A stretch of DNA of 59,120 nucleotides, the filler included, from Nemertoderma westbladi (lineage: Eukaryota; Animalia; Xenacoelomorpha): NCBI GenBank assembly GCA_032718475.1. It is 2 parts of 2 records of this genome, joined end to end, with 100 filler letters (N's around TTAATTAATTAA, not from the genome) between each part and the next. Parts side by side here need not be neighbours in the genome. Positions count along the whole stretch, not along the records: positions 31,279 to 59,120 come from JAUCBJ010000625.1; 1 more part is not named here. The stretch is one strand, 5' to 3'. Position 1 is the first letter of the stretch. Each line of letters begins with the position of its first letter. Under the pieces are notes generated by a model. It had not been told where the DNA came from. It did not search any database and was given only the letters and a program-made list of their open reading frames with translations. The translations under genes and the position numbers were made by a program. Positions 56,762 through 59,120 of the stretch are shown here, piece after piece.

Positions 56762-59120
56762 TCATGGATGACTAAACTCTGGGGTGCACTTTCCTACAAC
56801 CCTCCTGTAGGTCTTCCTATCCTTTGCTCCTATCTTACCCCCTATCCGCACTTCCACTGATCGGACTCTTCCGTCCTCGTCGGAGTAAGTGTCTACTACT
56901 CTCACTAGCCTCCACTGATTGTTGATGATTGTGTCGTCGGTGACGATCACTAAATCACTTTTCTTTAACTCTCTAGTGGTATTTCTCCACTTGCTCCTTC
57001 TGTGTAATGTGGGTAGATATTCCTCGACCCACCTCCTCCAATACTCTGTGCTTATCGCCTTGGCGACTTTCCAACTCTGTCCGGAGTGTATGTCAACTGG
57101 GTCTACTCCCCGCATGGCGATGGTCGCCGGCCTTTCCATCAGAAAGTGGCTCGGTGTTAGCACGTCTAGTGATTCCGGGTCGTCATTCTCTGGATATAGC
57201 GGTCTGCTATTGATGATTCCCTCGCACTTAGCCAGCACCGTCCTTAGAATGTCCTCTGTCACCATGTGGGTGTTCATCAACTTCGTCAATCGACGCTTGG
57301 AACTACCCACAAGTCTCTCGACACATCCTAAAGTATGCGGCGCATACGGCGTCCTCCTTTCCCACTTCACCTGTCATCTCTGCATGGCTTCCCTGACCTC
57401 TTCTCCTTCCAGGATGTCCAAGGCCTCCGCCAACTCGTTCTCTGCTCCCACAAAGTTCGTTCCATTCTCGGAATAGATCACTGCAATCGTTCCACCTTTG
57501 CGGTTTCTAAATCGCTCTAAGGCATTGATGAATGCCGATGCCGTGGCGTCTTGGGCGAGTTCTATTCCTACCGCCCTCGTGTTGTTACATACGAAGATGA
57601 TGCCGTATCGTTTCTCTGTGTGTCGCATCACCTTGATCTTGATCGGCCCGAACATGTCTATGCCGCAGTGCGTGAATGGCGGGTCGTGCTGTCTCACCCT
57701 ACTGACCGGTAATGGCGCCATCTCCTGTACGGCCCACTCCTTTCTCATCCGTCGGCAGGTCTGGCAATACCCCACTACCGCCTTCACCTTCTTCCTTAAC
57801 TGCGCAATCCAGAAGGTCCTCCAAATTTCTGTGAGGGTCTGGTTGGTGCCTCCGTGCAATATCGACTTGTAGGAGTCCCAAATGATCTGGTGGACTATCG
57901 GCGACCTGTTGGGGATGATAATGGGTTTTGGTGGGATGATAAGGCTGTTGTTGTTCAGTCTCTGTCTTTCTCTGTCAATACCGTATCACGGCCTTAGGCT
58001 TTAGCATTTGGTTTCTTCTTGGCGTCCTTGCCAACTCCCTTGAGGAAATCCCTGTAGGCCCTCCATTACGCCACCAACTTCTTGGTCTTGTACCAGCTAG
58101 AGCTGTAACTAAGTAGCCTATCTGTCGGGTTGTCACATGGCTCTTCTAATTTCGGTTGCACCTCCCTGACTTCCCTCACCATCTGAATATATATCTCTTC
58201 TCCTTCTGAGTCTTCTTCCTCTCCCCCTGGTGCTACTTCCTCTTAACCTGGGTCCACCTTCTTCATTGGTGGCCAGGCCGATCTATCGTTCAGGAAGTGT
58301 GGCCCGTGCTGCCACAACACTTCCTTCTTTAAGAAAGTATGTCGTGCCACGCCCCTCAATAACAAGTCTGCTGGGTTCTCGTCTGTTCGGCAGTAGTGCC
58401 ACCTTTCCAAGTCTGTCGTCGCCCTTATTTCGTCCACCCTATTCGCGACGAATATAGGGTACCTCGTCTTCTCGTTGTGCAGCCACCCGAGCACTACCAT
58501 GGAGTCCGTCCAGTAGTGTGTTTCCACTATGTTGGGAATAGTGTCCATCAATTAGGCTGTGGCCCTTACACCTAGTCTTGCAGCTGTCAACTCGAGTTTC
58601 GGGACTGACGCTGAATCTGGCGGCGTCGACTTTGCTTTACTGAATGCAAGTCTGGGCTTATAAGCCGCTGTACTAGTCCGTCCTGTCCCCGTCCGGAAAA
58701 TACACGCGTGGCATGCTGTACGTCCCCATCTGTTCTAAACTCCCCTTCCACTTACTCCATTGCTTGCTAATTTCATCCGGGACCTCTGTATCCCACTCGT
58801 CCTTTAACTTGTATACTTTCTTAAGTATCTGTTTCCCCGTGACTAACAATGGGGATGCTAGGCCTAAGGGATCGTATATCCTTGCTATGTATGATACATA
58901 GCCCCACTTTGTGTGGGTGTCCGCGCCCTCCTGGCTCAGTTGATACTTGAACTCGTCTGTCTCCGGTTCCATACGATCCCCAGCGCCTTCTGCTGAGAAT
59001 CCACTCTTTTGTTCGCCATGTCCTGTCCTTTGGCTGTCGTGGGGTTGTCCATTGTCGAATCTGGCCGCCTGTCCTCTATGGCTTTCATAAACTCCTCTGC
59101 GCTGGATTGAAACTTGGCCA
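56762..59120 (-). pseudogene. BEL/Pao pol, 3' part (end of RT, Peptidase_A17/RNase H region, integrase, DUF5641-like), decayed and cut by the window edge
   Basis: Motifs YIARIYDPLGLASP, YWTDSMVVLGWL..FVANRVDEI..WHYCRTDENPADL, HGG..CQTC..PFTHCGIDMFGP..SENGTNFVGA..VERLV and INSRPL..LTPSHFL..WRRWVEEYL, with several stops and frameshifts. Confidence 0.93.

Overview
Repeat-rich animal (probably invertebrate) genomic DNA; it is not prokaryotic. The window holds two contigs joined by an artificial 100-nt linker (N44-TTAATTAATTAA-N44, 31179-31278). The left contig carries the only host gene, an intronless FE65/APBB-family adaptor (WW-PTB-PTB, 21153-22793, minus strand). Its 3' part lies in an apparently perfect inverted duplication of at least 7.5 kb (1-7492 and 14250-21741). 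The spacer of that duplication is a tandem array of Helentron-type non-autonomous elements (HINE/DINE-1-like). A roughly 7.3-kb foldback satellite element and an LTR follow. The right contig has nested LTR-retrotransposon pieces, LINE fragments, one fully delimited but decayed BEL/Pao element (41648-52229, TSD CTACT) and the 3' part of a second BEL/Pao element. Three signals stand out. (1) The BEL element carries an extra ORF in the env position that resembles an EXD2/WRN-type 3'-5' exonuclease fused to zinc knuckles and a basic tail; a divergent homologue sits in the same position in another LTR element. (2) A covarying RNA hairpin (AGUA/GAA loop-E-like motif plus GAAA tetraloop) recurs in gag, in the accessory ORF and in the LTRs of that element, next to arrays of cUUCGg hairpins. 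(3) A type I hammerhead ribozyme sits between Pol III A and B boxes inside an LTR. All domain calls come from motif recognition by eye; no searches were run.
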